Source: Mobula hypostoma (lineage: Eukaryota). From it: a stretch of 64,000 nt of DNA. Location: positions 93,064,001 through 93,128,000 of the forward strand of contig NC_086097.1 in NCBI RefSeq assembly GCF_963921235.1, read 5' to 3'. Below are positions 12,688 to 25,149 of the stretch, piece after piece. Below the pieces are notes generated by a model that was not told the DNA's origin, did no database searches, and saw only the letters and a program-made list of their open reading frames with translations. The translations under genes and the position numbers were made by a program. Position 1 is the first letter of the stretch. Each line of letters starts with the position of its first letter.

Positions 12688-14067
12688 CAAACAGAAGATC
12701 TGTAGATGCTGGAAATCCAAGCAGTGTACACAAAATGCTGGAGGAACTTTGCAGGTCAGGCAGTATCTCGGAAAAGAGTATAGATAACGTTACAGGCCGA
12801 AGCCCTTCGGCAGGACTGGAGATAAAAAAAAAGCTGAGGAGTAGATTTAAAAGTGGGGGGAGGGGAGAGAGAAACACCAGGTGACAGGTGAAACCTGGAG
12901 GGGGAGGGATGAAGTAAAGAGCTGGGAAGTAAAGTGGTAAAAGAGACAGAAACACTGGAAGAAAGAAAAAGGGGGAAGAGCACCAGAGGGAGGGATGGGC
13001 GGATAGGAGTTAAGTTGAGAGAGGGAAAAGGGGATGTGTCACATTCCGATATATCTATCCATGTCCTCCCCCACCTTCGGGATGAGGCTGCACTTGGGTT
13101 GGAGGAACAGCACCTTGGGTAACCTCCAACCTGATGGGATGGACATGGACTTCTCAAACTTCTAGTAATGGTCCCACTCTCTTCTCCCCACCCCGCCCCC
13201 CCCCCCCCACCATTTCCCATCCCTTTTTTCCTCTCATCTCCTTGCAGGTACTAGGGTAGGTAGTGGATACAAGAGAGAGGAAACTGTGTGGTTAAGGCTG
13301 GGGCACTGGGCATTAAACAAAACATTGAAAATGCTAAGGAAACACCAGACAGGATTGTGTGAGGAATGTCAGGAAGAGGAATCAGTAGAACATGTAATTC
13401 AGAGTTGCAGGAAGTATGGGATACAGAGACATGATGAAAATTAAGGGAATTGGGGGTGCAGGAATTCACATTAAAAGGGTTGCTGGGCATGGGTGAGAGA
13501 GCACAGGTCAGGGTATTTTTTGTTTTCTTAAGGGGTACAGGGTTTTTTTTTTAATAGGATATGACAAATAAGCAGGAATAGGGTACTAGGATGGCCAAAG
13601 ATGGGAGGATAAAATATAGGTTAGTGTGTGTGTGTGTCAGTGTCAGTGTCAGACAGACAGGGTGAAGGGATTTAGAATGTAAGTCTATTGCACACTCCGG
13701 AACAGAAGGTGGCGGTAGTGCATCGTTAAGCTGGGTGCTAACCGCTGTATAACAAGACTGAGAGAGAGAGATCTCCTTGCCCGTCCTTGACTCCCTTTGA
13801 TGCTCCTTTCTTCCCCCCCCCTTTCTTTCTTCCATGGCCTTCTGTCCCTTTCACCAATCAACTTCCCAGCTCTTTACTTCATCTCCTCCCCCTCCAGGTT
13901 TCACCGATCACCTGGTGTTTCTCTCCCCCCCTCCCCCCACTTTCAAATCTACTCCTCAGCCTTTTCTCTCCAGTCCTGCCAAAGAGTCTCGGCCCGAAAC
14001 ATCGATTGTACTCGTTTCTGGGATGCTGCCTGGCCTGGTAAGTTCCTCCTGCATTTTTTATGTGTTG
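12688..14067. mobile_element. Composite Penelope-derived insertion with inverted pLTR arms and a 13-bp TSD
   Basis: CCCTTCTGAATGA at 12675-12687 and 14068-14080. Left arm (~12688-13025, minus) is inverted relative to right arm (~13790-14067, plus). Penelope endonuclease C-terminus (SHSDISIH..LEEQHL) at ~13035-13170. Confidence 0.8.
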
Positions 14068-14146
14068 CCCTTCTGAATGAGTCACTTGACCTTTCTCCTT
14101 GTCCATGCTATTTCCAGTTGATCCTCTGATCCTTTTTGCTCTCCAG

Positions 14147-14306
14147 GGTGAAGTGCAGCCCCTGATTCGCAAGTGTTATTCAGCTGTTGAAAGAGATGGA
14201 GAAGTGGTCAAGGTTCGGGACACTGTTTTATTGAAGTCAGGACCTAGGAAGAAATCAATTCCATATGTTGCCAAGGTTTCTGCACTCTGGGAGGACCCTA
14301 CATCAG
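14147..14306 (+). CDS. BAHD1: BAHD1 internal coding exon (start of BAH domain)
   Basis: Pyrimidine tract + ctccag acceptor; reads [54 protein letters not shown]; donor g|gtaagt. Closely matches the vertebrate BAHD1 C-terminus as I recall it ([23 protein letters not shown]). Phase 0 in, phase 1 out. Confidence 0.95.
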
Positions 14307-16029
14307 GTAAGTCAATTGGTCCAACATAAAAGCAAAGCAAGGAGATATCGTGCCTCTTACCTATAAGACTTAAGAATCTGAACCATGTGAACCTGTTCCA
14401 AATGTTAACATGAAAGATGAGTTCTCATTGGTTTCTTTTTCCATCCTCCAGAACATTAGCACCAACTAGCCGAGTCCCAGCTCTCATCAGGGTCATTTTC
14501 CACATGCTTGTGTCTGCCGACCTTAATTGTTGCTGTTTGCAGAAGGCCATGATTTTAAAATGTTTGTGCTTCCATGACCTTGCCCCGTTCTATCTATTAA
14601 TCTTTTCCAGTTGTACAGTCCACCTCTGGCCTCCTGGTCATTCCTGCATTAATTGCTGCATCCTTTGGCCAGTAGAGGTGTAGCTGGAAGTCCTTTGCTA
14701 AAGCTCTCCACCTTGCCCAAAGGTATCCCTTACCAGTCTTCGGTCTCTCACATAGCGTCCCAAATTATTGGTATCACTTCTGTGAAGCCCCAGAGGATGT
14801 GTTTCCATGAAAGGTGGTTGTTATCCTTGGTGTAGTTGAATATCCTGTTTATTTAGGTATTCCAGAGAGCGAGAGAGAGAGGGAACTGCAAAGTAGGAAG
14901 TAGAGAAATTGAAAAGGATACAAATTCAGTGCAGTCACTGTTTAAAAGTAAAATAATGGGAATAATGAATCACTTATGCTTCTCCTTGATGTAACTTGGT
15001 TTTCTGCATGACCCTTCTGCAACACTCCTCAGTCCAACACTAGATCTTTCTGCTTGGCTGTTCTAATAGCTAGGGGTTAGAAATGGATTTCCTGTATAAT
15101 TGCTTCTGAAAGGTGCTGTTCCTATAAACTTCTTTTGTGAGGGCTGCCATGTAGGGATACCTGTGTTATTCAGGCAGGCAGTGTGCAGTTGGAATTTCAT
15201 GCCATATCCAGTGTTCCTGTCAATGAGGAAGTCCCCTTCAAAGCAGCATCAGCAAAGTGGGAGCTAAGGGTGTCTTAAGAGCAGTTAGTTTGTGCCCACC
15301 AGCATGTTTATTGCCTTTACAACTCAGCATTGTGTTGTTGCTACCCAACTGATTTCTGAGAACTCCCACAGAGCTGACCCAGATGGAGATGTTTTCGGTG
15401 TATATTGTGTCCAGTTCCTGTGCCTGTCCTCCTCTCCAGTTCAACTGTGGGTGTTGCATTTCTAGAAAAAGTGGCCTTCCACTTTGGTAAAGGGATTGAA
15501 GAGCTGAGAGCTCTCCAGTACTGCAATAGTGTCGGCTGGGAGATTGTGAAGGGACGTTTATTGCTTGGGAGGGTTATTGTGCTCAATAAGATGTCAAGGG
15601 AGTTGTGCAAGGCAGATGGCCTGTGAAATACCATAGTGATTGATGTTTGGTGGCAGGCAGCAGAAAGGAAATGGGACCACCCCTTTCTGTGCTCTGAGTA
15701 CCGTGCAGAAGCTTGCTATGGGAATGCTGTCACTCCATTGCTCAGCAGATATTATCGTCTGTCTGACTTTCAAATCTTCAGTCGGATTACCAGTAGCATC
15801 CGCTGCCAAATGCAGGACACTGGGAAACCACTTCAACCTTGGCTTGATCCATTTCTAAAGGCTTGGCATTAGAATTCAAATCATTGGATTCAGCCCTCCT
15901 TTCTTCTCTGTATGTCACTCTTAACAGTCTTCACAGTAGGCAATAGTGTAAGACTACAGGAGCAGACTAAGGATTCTAGTCTCTTGCTTTAATATAAAGG
16001 TAATGTCTTTACTCTTTAGCAAAGATTAT

Positions 16030-17009
16030 TACTTTACTTTATACTTTATTGTTGCCAAACAATTGATACTAGAGCGTACAATCATCGCAGCGATATTTGA
16101 TTCTGCACTTCGCACTCCCTGGAGTACAAATCGATAGTAAATATTAAAAATTTAAATTATAAATCATAAATAGAAAATAGAAAAGCAAAAGTAAGGTAGT
16201 GCAAAAAAACAGAAAGGTAGGTCCAGATATTTGGAGGGTACGGCCCAGATCTGGGTCAGGATCCGTTCAGCAGTCTTATCACAGTTGGAAAGAAGCTGTT
16301 CCCAAATCTGGCCATACGAGTCTTCAAGCTCCTGAGCCTTCTCCCGGAGGGAAGAGGGACGAAAAGTGTGTTGGCTGGGTGGGTCGTGTCCTTCATTATC
16401 CTGGCAGCACTGCTCCCACAGTGTGCGGTGTAAAGTGAGTCCAAGGACGGAAGGTTGGTTTGTGTGATGTGCTGGGCTGTGTTCACGATCTTCTGCAGCT
16501 TCTTCCGGTCTTGGACAGGACAACTTCTATACCAGGTTATGATGCACCCCAGAAGAATGCTTTCTACGGTGTATCTATAAAAATTAGTGAGGTTTTTAGG
16601 GGACAGGCCAAATTTCTTTAGCTTTCTCAGGAAGTAAAGCGCTGGTGGGCCTTCTTGGCAGTGGACTCTGCTTGGTTGGACCAAGTCAGGTCATTTGTGA
16701 TATTGACCCTGAGGAACTTAAAGCTTTTGACCTGTTCCACTTGCGCACCATCGATGTAAATGGGGTCGTGCGGTCCGCTACTTCTGAAGTCAACAACCAA
16801 TTTCCTCGTCTTGCTGATGTTGAGGGATAGGTTATTGTCTTCGCACCATGCCACCAGGTTCTTAATTTCCTCTCTGTACTCAAACTCATGATTACCTGAG
16901 ATAAGACCTACAATTGTGGTGTCATTAGCAAACTTCTATATTGAGTTCGATGGAAACTTGGCTACACAATCATGGGTGTACAGTGAGTACAGCAGGGGGC
17001 TGAGTACAC
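16030..17009 (-). mobile_element. Relatively young 5'-truncated Rex1/Babar-type LINE
   Basis: WCEDNNLSLNISKT, FLRKLKKFG..FYRYTVESIL, LPSGRR motifs; (tttac)n tail; TSD AGATTAT at 16023-16029 and 17010-17016. Confidence 0.88.
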
Positions 17010-18584
17010 AGATTATAATGTAGGAGGATACCACTCAGTCTATAATGTCTGTGCCAACTATTTGAGACGGAAGTATCCAGTTACTTTTACTTCTCTGCTC
17101 TTGGTCTGTGGCCCATTAACTTTATTATTTTTAAATTCCCCCCTTTTTTTTTGAAGCTTTCTATCCAGTCTATTTCTGCCATTCTTTCAGGACAACATTC
17201 CATTTCATCATAGCTCACTGTGCTTAAAAAAAAATGTTTCTTTCTGCCCCACTAAACTACTTCTTAGATTGCCAGATCCAGATTTAACCTCCCCTGGGCT
17301 ATGCTCAGATGGCTAGTTCTTCCATAATTTGAGGCTTTGTCATAAATATTTCACACATCTGCCACTTGTGATGTTAAGAGGTGCTTTCTGCTGTTCAATT
17401 GGTAACATTAAGCACTCATTACAGAAGGCTTTGTAAATCTCCCTAGTTGTGTCTCACTGCTCAGCCAATGAAAGGGAAGCTGCTGGACCCAGCCTTTACA
17501 CAGATTTACTGGGAATTTACAGCACAGAATTAGGTCATCCTTTGCACTTTTGACACTCTGCACAAGCTTCCTCTTGCACTCAACCTCATCCCTTATTCTT
17601 TCACACTGATCTGAATTCCTCTCAATCAGTTCTTTTGCTAATACGTTCCAATTTAAACCATACTCTGGTAACACAGAAGGAAAATTTGCATTAAATTTGG
17701 CTTTCCTTGTGTCCTTCTCAGGATGTTGTAGTTTACAGCCAGTGAAATAGTTGTGAAGTGTTATTATCCCTTAAAATATTCTACATTTTGTAGTCCGTTG
17801 GATGTGGTTTCAGCCTACACTGAACAGTTCTTGTCTAATTTTAAGGACTTCTGTTGACACCTTGTTTTTTTAAGAGAATTGAACACAGAATATTAAGTCT
17901 TCATTACTGCATCAGAGGCCTTTAATTTTCTTGGCTCTCTGAGCTGCTTAAAAGGGTCTCTGGATGGGTAGCTCTGCAAGGAGGCGGTTTGGAACCAAAT
18001 GCTTGTCCTTCCCATGATTTGAGTTTGTGAATCTAAGCTATTCAGTCAGTTGTGTTGAGGCTACTGTGAACAGCATTTCTAATGTTTTTATCCCATGTCC
18101 ATGTTCCTAGGTCTGCTGATGACTGGAGCTAGTGCAGTGTAACCAGTAGTGTTAGCTCCTTTGTGATGTTGGAGAAATGAATTCCTGTTTTCCTAATTTG
18201 CTTAGTGTGCTGGCGGATGATCTTAGACTGTGGCATTTGAGGAATTCTTTGGAATTCATGGGATGATTGCTGTTCAGTTCCAAGCCTGATCTCTTCTTTA
18301 CCAACCTTCACATGAGGGGAATAACTGGCTACCCGGTCTTTTCTCTGTCCTATTCATTTTTCCTTCTACTTTCAATCTAATGATCTAGAGTTTCTATTGA
18401 AGAGGAATTTTCAGCAATTTATTTAGGAGTGATTCCTGTATATTGTTGTTGAAACATTGTCAGTACTTGCACTGTCTTGCTGGTGTTGAGGACTCAGTAC
18501 TATCATTTTGATGCACTTCATACTAAACCAAAGGGAAGACATTGTCTGTTTTTAAAACTTAATCATTTTAATTATTTGCCATCT

Positions 18585-19325
18585 CTAAAGGGAGCCTATC
18601 ACTAAACATATCTTTACCTCCTCCGCTTTCCACAGGGATCAGTCCTTCCATGATTACCTTGTCCATTTGTCTGTCCCCACTTGTCTCACTCTGGCATTTA
18701 TCCCTGCAAGTGGCCTAAGTGCAACACCTACTAATACACCATCTCCCTCATCTCTGTTCAGAGCAGTCCTTCACCTGCAAATCTTCTGGGGTCATCTGTT
18801 GTGTCCAGTGCTCCTCTACATTGGTGAGACCTGTCATAAATTGTAACTGTTTCGTCAAGCACCTCTGCACCATCCACCACAAGCAGGACTTGCCAGTGGC
18901 CAAACATATTAATTCTGATTCTCATTCCTGTTCTAATGTGCCTTGTGCCAAGATGAGTCCACCCTGAGGGTGGAGGAGGAACACCTTGTATTGTTGTTCT
19001 GGGTAGCTGCCAGCCTGTTGGTATGAATATTGATTTCTCATTCCGGTAAGCAAATCCCCCTCTATTCCCCACTCTGACCTTTTACCTCTTACCCCTGGGA
19101 ACCCTCCTCCTTACCTTTCTCCTATGGTCCACTCTCCTCCTCTATCAGATTTCTTCTGTATCCCTTGACCTTTCTCACCTACCTGGCTTCACCTGTCACC
19201 TTTCAGTAAGCCTCTTTCCCCTCCCCCACCTTTTCCAGAAGAATGGTCTCGGCCCAAAACATCGACTATCTATTCATTTACGTAGATGCCGCCTGACCTG
19301 CTGATTTCCTCCAGCGTTTTATCTT
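18585..19325 (+). mobile_element. Penelope-like element 3' fragment (GIY-YIG region + pLTR)
   Basis: FTCKSSGVICCVQCS..KQDLPVAKHINS..EEEHLV motifs followed by a pLTR with a decayed hammerhead motif at ~19236-19270. Confidence 0.75.
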
Positions 19326-19689
19326 GCCATAAATTTTAACAATCATTTGAGAGTAAATTCTCTTTCTGGTTGACTGAAACAGTGGTAGAGTCTCTCTAGA
19401 GACTAGAGAGGGACCAGGTAATTAAAACACCCTAGTGTATCAGTGTATAAGTCGGGCACCAAGTGCTAATTACACCTGTTTATTTTGGTCAAATGTTAGT
19501 CTTGTCTGCTTGTAACATGTGGGCTTTGTTCAGCCATGTGCCCTTGCTGCTGTGAGAAATTCTCTGTACTACTGGCTCAGATTCAATAGTTGTGAAACAT
19601 GTGAAACAAGCACTGCTCTTTCTGGGGAAGCCAGTCTAATGTGGAGTTGCTGCAGGCTGAGAGAAATTCACAGAGCAGAAGTCAGTGCG

Positions 19690-20040
19690 GCCCTGTCTCA
19701 AAATGTTTGGGGTGCTTCTTCACAGTGTTGCATAGTTAATAAAACTATTTTGGATGCATAATCACTAGTGTGGTGAGCACAGCAGACATTTCACAAGTTC
19801 CCAGAAATGCCAGTGCAATGACCTGATAATCTCCCTTATTGATGTTGGTTGAAGAGTGAAAACTGGCTGGGATACCAGTGAGAGAGCTCCCTGTCTGTTT
19901 GGTGAATCAACAGAGCAGAGGCACTTTAAGAGTTGCAGTGCCATCATTCTGCAGTGGATTAACAACCTAAATCTTTGGAGTAAAAACACAAAACAAGAGC
20001 AGCAGTCTGCCACAAGTCCCTCAAGCCTGTTTTGCCATTA
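19690..20040 (-). mobile_element. Deu-domain SINE (SacSINE1-like), old
   Basis: Reverse complement contains agggagctctctcactggtatcccagccagtt..tcaaccaacatca..gattatcaggtcattg, matching the Deu-domain consensus as recalled. Confidence 0.55.
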
Positions 20041-20221
20041 AATAAGGTCATGGCTTATCTGTATTTAACTTTACTCAGAAACTACCAAATATCAAATATT
20101 TGGATGAAAGTTCCCAAAGGAGTTTTTTTTTACTCCATCTTTAGACATGTATGGTTTGTTGGTCTGATTTAGCGTCTTGGATAAACAAAAGAAAAGGCAA
20201 TATTGTTGCAACATTGTGTGT

Positions 20222-20836
20222 GTTCAAGTTCAAGTTGTCATTCAACCATACATGCATACTGATGAATACAGCCAAAAGAAAGTGTTACTCCAAGGTGCAA
20301 AACACAGTGCCAACAATCATACACAGCCCAGGCACACATAGCACGTGTAAGATAGCAGTAAAATACAGTCATACAGAAAAATCAGTCCGAGTCCCCGAGT
20401 GGCAGTCTGCAGTCGAACACAATACTGCTTGTCTGCAGCCGATTAAGCACTGTGGGCCAGCACAGGGTCCAGCATGGACACCATGCCGTGCTGCCTCCAG
20501 CACTCTGGCAGAGCGGCCAACTCCAACACTTCACCCTGGGCGGCTGCAAACGGGCACCACCACTGCTTGAGGCCTAGTCCTTAATACAACCGAGGATAGT
20601 TTCCCTGCTGTTTGCCAATAAACCAGTGAATTGTATTTGAAGCATTCTATATCACCAATGTCCAAGGGGGTCCTGCGATCACAAGACAAGCAACGAAGAT
20701 GATCACTCGCTGTTGGACTGCAATGTCCAGCAGGGTCTTAGGATCATAAAAATACATTTAAAAAAAAGACAATAACACCTTTAGTTGACCTTGTAGACGC
20801 CACTATGTCCAAGCACACTGCCATCTTACCAGAAGT
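20222..20836 (-). mobile_element. Non-coding retroposon with acttctggtAAGATGGC 5' end and (ttgaac)n tail
   Basis: gccatcttaccagaagt at ~20820-20836; ttcaagttcaagtt at the other end; no credible ORF. Confidence 0.5.
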
Positions 20837-21829
20837 GGAGTGTGTGTGTGTGTGTTGTGTGTGCTGATTTTACAATCATCTTAGTTGTCCGTGTGTTTAT
20901 ACATGCACCTGTTTCTGAATATTTGTCAGCAAGGAAACTCATGATATCAATCACAGAGGTGCACTGATGTGCTTATGACAGAACATTGAAAAGCCCATTC
21001 ACACAAGTCTGGCGCAGGTGGTAGGTTTGGATCAAAATGAATCATATGTCATTAATGTAACTCCTGATCTATCGAGTAGTTACAGATAATTGATGCATCT
21101 GTCACAGAACTTGGATTATAAGTGGATGCTGACCATGTGATAAAAGCTGATAAAAGGATGGTGTAGCGCAAAACATGGACTGAATAAGAAATGGTGGATG
21201 GAACAGATCTCTACCACAAGTGAAATGGTACATCACCAGACTGCATTATGTAACAGCATTCCAAGATCACAAGGCATGTCTTGTGCAAAGATGTATATGT
21301 TGTGCATTTTATTCTCTGGAGATCTCCATCTAATCTTGGGTGGAGCTAAGTAGCAACTTGTCATTTTTGTTAAATACACAATTGTTTTGTATCTTGAGTT
21401 CCCATTGTGGTAGTTTGGTGAGTGAATGAGGTATAAAATTCTGAGTGATCCCCGACTGATCATTTTATAGAACTCAGCAGTTCTGTCAACAATCAATAGA
21501 ACTATGGGCCATCCGTCTACATTTGGGCTTACCAAATGGTTGTGCTTGTTACTCATTTTCTATTCTCAAAAATGCATTAGCCACATCTGGATTCCCAGTG
21601 GCCACCACCATAGGGATTTGTTCTTCCCTGCTTTCATTCCAGCCATACCTTTCAAAGTAGCAGTGGCCCTGTGGCTAGTTTAAGGATTGAACTGTAAACC
21701 TTTATCTTTATGATTTAGATAGTTTAAAAAGAATGCTGCATAACAGTTTCATTAGTAAACTGCTTTAAACTTGCACCAAATCTAGTTCCTATTTCCTTTA
21801 TGTTCATGATTTTTGGACTCGGGTGAAGG

Positions 21830-22057
21830 AGATCACCAGGAGATCAGCTGTTTCTGAGATACCCAAACCACCCTGTATGGTACCAATAATATTTCTGTGT
21901 TCAAAGTCACTTAGATCACATTTCTTCTCCATTCTGATGTTTGGTCTGAACATCTTGACCGTGTCTGCATGCTTTTATGCATTGAGTTGCTGACAGGTGA
22001 TTGATTAGGTATTTACATTAATGAGCAGTTGTAACTAATAAAGTGGCCATTGAGTGC
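21830..22057 (-). mobile_element. Tc1-family fragment (CACTCAGTGGCCACTTTATTAG-type TIR)
   Basis: Homologous to 31812-32292 and 43832-44354; TIR ctaataaagtggccattgagtg. Confidence 0.75.
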
Positions 22058-22983
22058 ATGTCTCTAGCGGCAGTCAGTAGATCAACCGGGAATTTGCAGA
22101 TCTAGTCTTTGTTTTAATAAAAACTCTGTGTAGAATGTCAGTTATTACATGTGTGGAGATCAAGGAAAATTATGAGTTGCAGATGCAGTTTGGTGTACTG
22201 ATTTATAAAATACAGCTACACAAGTGGTGAGTGATGTTACATCTGTGTAACAGTCCCTGCCTTGTATCAACATACATTTGATCTTCCTCTCACATGGATC
22301 TACATAGTGCTAGATTTGCCGCCAAAATTATTGAATACAAATATTTTGTGAAAGGTTACATGGGGAACTGCATGCATAGAGCACTCTCCACTGTTTTAAA
22401 TATATAAATAATTTCTGATCTTGTGATTGGAGTGGATGCATTTTCTTCGATTTGAGATGGATTACAGCTGTCTAGTTTTCTATATTTTTTAATGTAGTTG
22501 TCAAGGATGAAGCTTGAATTATCCGCACAGCTGAGTTCCCTCAATGGGGTAATAGGGGTCTTTGCTGAAACTTGTAGAGACTAGAGGTCTGACGCAACAG
22601 AATGGCTTCTCAAGTCACTTTAGAATCCAGCTTGCAAACTAGACAGGACTGAAGCAACAATGGCAAAAATGTCAAATTTCTCTCAGTAAATGTTAATTGT
22701 GAGACCATTTGAGTTTTGAGAGTTTGATAGTTTTTTAATAAGTGAATTTATAGTCCCCAATTCATATCATGGGACTTGGACTAAGTTTGCTAGACAACTC
22801 AAAGCAAACCTACCATAGCAGCCCAGCAGCCCCTATGCAACAAACCCAATATAGTTGTTTGCAGGGGTGTTTATCAAATCCCTGGAGGTACCTGAAGTTG
22901 CCAGGTCTATTGTACAAGTTTGAGTGGTTATTGTAGCCTTCACCTGAGTTTGCGCTCACTAAAGTGTTACTTTCTTCTTGTAG

Positions 22984-23063
22984 GGGAACTCATGATGAGC
23001 CTTTACTGGTACTACAGGCCTGAGCACATCCAGGGAGGCAGAAATCCCAGCATTCACTGTGAG
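22984..23063 (+). CDS. BAHD1: BAHD1 internal coding exon (BAH domain)
   Basis: tttcttcttgtag acceptor; (G)[26 protein letters not shown]; donor gag|gtgagc. Phase 1 in matches the previous exon; phase 0 out. Confidence 0.95.
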
Positions 23064-23654
23064 GTGAGCATCACCATCCTTCCCTACAAAATTAGGCAGT
23101 CCTTTCTACATCTTCTCCCTTAACCTCTTGCTCTTTGCCTTTGACCCTATTCTGGTCTTTTCTCCTTATTCTATCTCTTGCTCGTTGCCTTTTGCAATAT
23201 TAGTGTCTCTCACTAGCACCGGTCTTGTGTCTTGATACGTGGTGGTGTGACTACTTGAACTTTATTGTGCTTTTGTCTTGGCTTTTTTTTAGGTGGTTAT
23301 TGCTTTTTGCTTTATTGCTATTACTTTCGCTGTATAATGAAATGGTGTTTAACGTAAACCGAGTGAAGTCAGAGGAAGAATTGGACTTTCCTTGTCCTGT
23401 ACCACATATAGCAAGGAGGTTAACATACTAATGAATTGGAAAGTATTATAGGTCATTAACTGTAACCATTTTTGAATACAGCAGGGTTATGAGCAGATGA
23501 GCAATGAATGACAGGTTTATATAGTTTAGCTGCTGCTTTTCATGGGACCTGAGAGAACCACTTTGCCTCTGGTGTAAGTAGGCTGAAACAAGGCAGAAAC
23601 TGACATGCACCAATTCACTACTGAAATCTTGACTTTCACGTAAGGTAGTGGAGC

Positions 23655-24030
23655 AAATAGGGGTGACAGGGTGGAGCTATGTCTCTAATGAAGGAGGTGT
23701 AAGGCTCTCCTTCCCTCTGCTAGCCTGCAGGTCACCCTTGGGCAAGGTGTAGCACTTGCCTAGGTCTCAATCATGATCAAGGGAAGCCATTGGAGCAGCT
23801 GGTAGATGGTCACATGAGCAGCTGGTGCATAATCTCAAATTCTGGTTATGTGACCACTGACACCAGGCAGACAATCTCTAAAGAGTATTGATAATGGCTG
23901 GGGTTACCCATCTTGTAAGTACACTGCCCAGAAGAAGGCAATAGCAAACCACTTCTGTAGAAATATTTGCCATGAACATTCATGTTCAGAAGACCATGAT
24001 CGCCCACGTCATATAGCACAACGCATAATG
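23655..24030 (+). mobile_element. RTE-related non-autonomous retroposon/SINE
   Basis: Inverted copy of 1585-1925; contains gaaggcaatagcaaaccacttctgtag; ends ataatgatga. Confidence 0.6.
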
Positions 24031-24388
24031 ATGAGTAAAGCAGACCGTGGGGCAGAACACAGCAAACTGAGGAAAACACTAACTCTCTCCCAACTCACTG
24101 TGTGTTGGCTCATGGTAGTTAGGTGCAATTAGGGACAAAGCCCGTCTTGATTCAGGGTCCTGACCTGAAACAACTTCAACAGTTCCTTCTCCACTACAAC
24201 CCCATCACCATTAATATTGTTTGACCAGCTGAGTTCCTCTAGTAATTTGTTGCTCAGATTCCAACATTTACAGTTGTTTGTCTGGAGAATAAATGTCTTT
24301 AAAAAGAAAATCAAAATAGAAGTAGATTTGAGGCATTTGGCCCCTTGTTACCCCTTTCCTGTGCAATTTCCATGTTCCTTGATAACTT

Positions 24389-25069
24389 TGTAGCCCCCTG
24401 GAAAGACTCGGGGTCGCTCAGCTCGCTGTCGTCTAGGGAAACAGCCCTCGGCCCCACCAAACTGGTTAATTAGTTTGTGTGGATGCTATGTGATGTACCC
24501 CACCCCGCCCAAATAACAGACAATACACCAGATACGATTAAATGAATTACAGTTTATAGATATTACTGGAACTATATAATTAATAGAGATAAAATATAAA
24601 AGGAAAATAAAAGGTGCCACACTTATCAAAGTTCAATCTCTTCGTGCACCAACAGTTGGAGCTCAGGACCCTCCTTCTTCACCCTGCGTCTCCCCTCCGA
24701 CCACCTCGACCTGCCGCCTGGGACCAACAACGGTGGTCGACCAGACGCTCCACACGAGTCTGTCTCCGTCTCCTCTCCTCGCCGAACACCCTGGACCTCG
24801 GACTTCTGTTTGGGGTCCGACCCTGTTAGCTGACTCACAGCACCTTGTCCATCCTCCTCCCTCTCTCTCTTGCCTTCTGCCCAAAAACCTGTGCATCACA
24901 ATAACTTACAGACACACAGAAAGAATAACATCTATCCCAATTGGTTCATTCACCCTCAGTAACATAATCCAAACAAACTGCTAGCGGGAGGACTTTCTCA
25001 ACAGTTAACATAACAAAGAAGCCATTTTAATTAGCCTACGCAGTAACATAAAAGAAGATACCCCTTACA
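24389..25069. mobile_element. Probable solo LTR
   Basis: TGTA...TACA termini, 681 bp, near-TSD AACTT/ACCTT, CpG retained, no credible ORF; interrupts a minus-strand CR1 tail. Confidence 0.6.
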
Positions 25070-25149
25070 ACCTTAAATCAAAAAGCTCTCAACCCCTGCC
25101 GTGAATGTCCTCAGCAACCAAGCTTCCACAGTCTTGGGTAGGAACTCCA

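Noticed and set aside
14111..14146. Alternative BAHD1 acceptor tttccag ending at 14117
   Set aside because: Would add 29 nt and shift the frame; the 14146 acceptor fits homology and phase.
15330..15870. Cluster of short ORFs as host exons
   Set aside because: No recognisable protein or consistent splice sites; possibly an ancient LINE remnant that I cannot assign.
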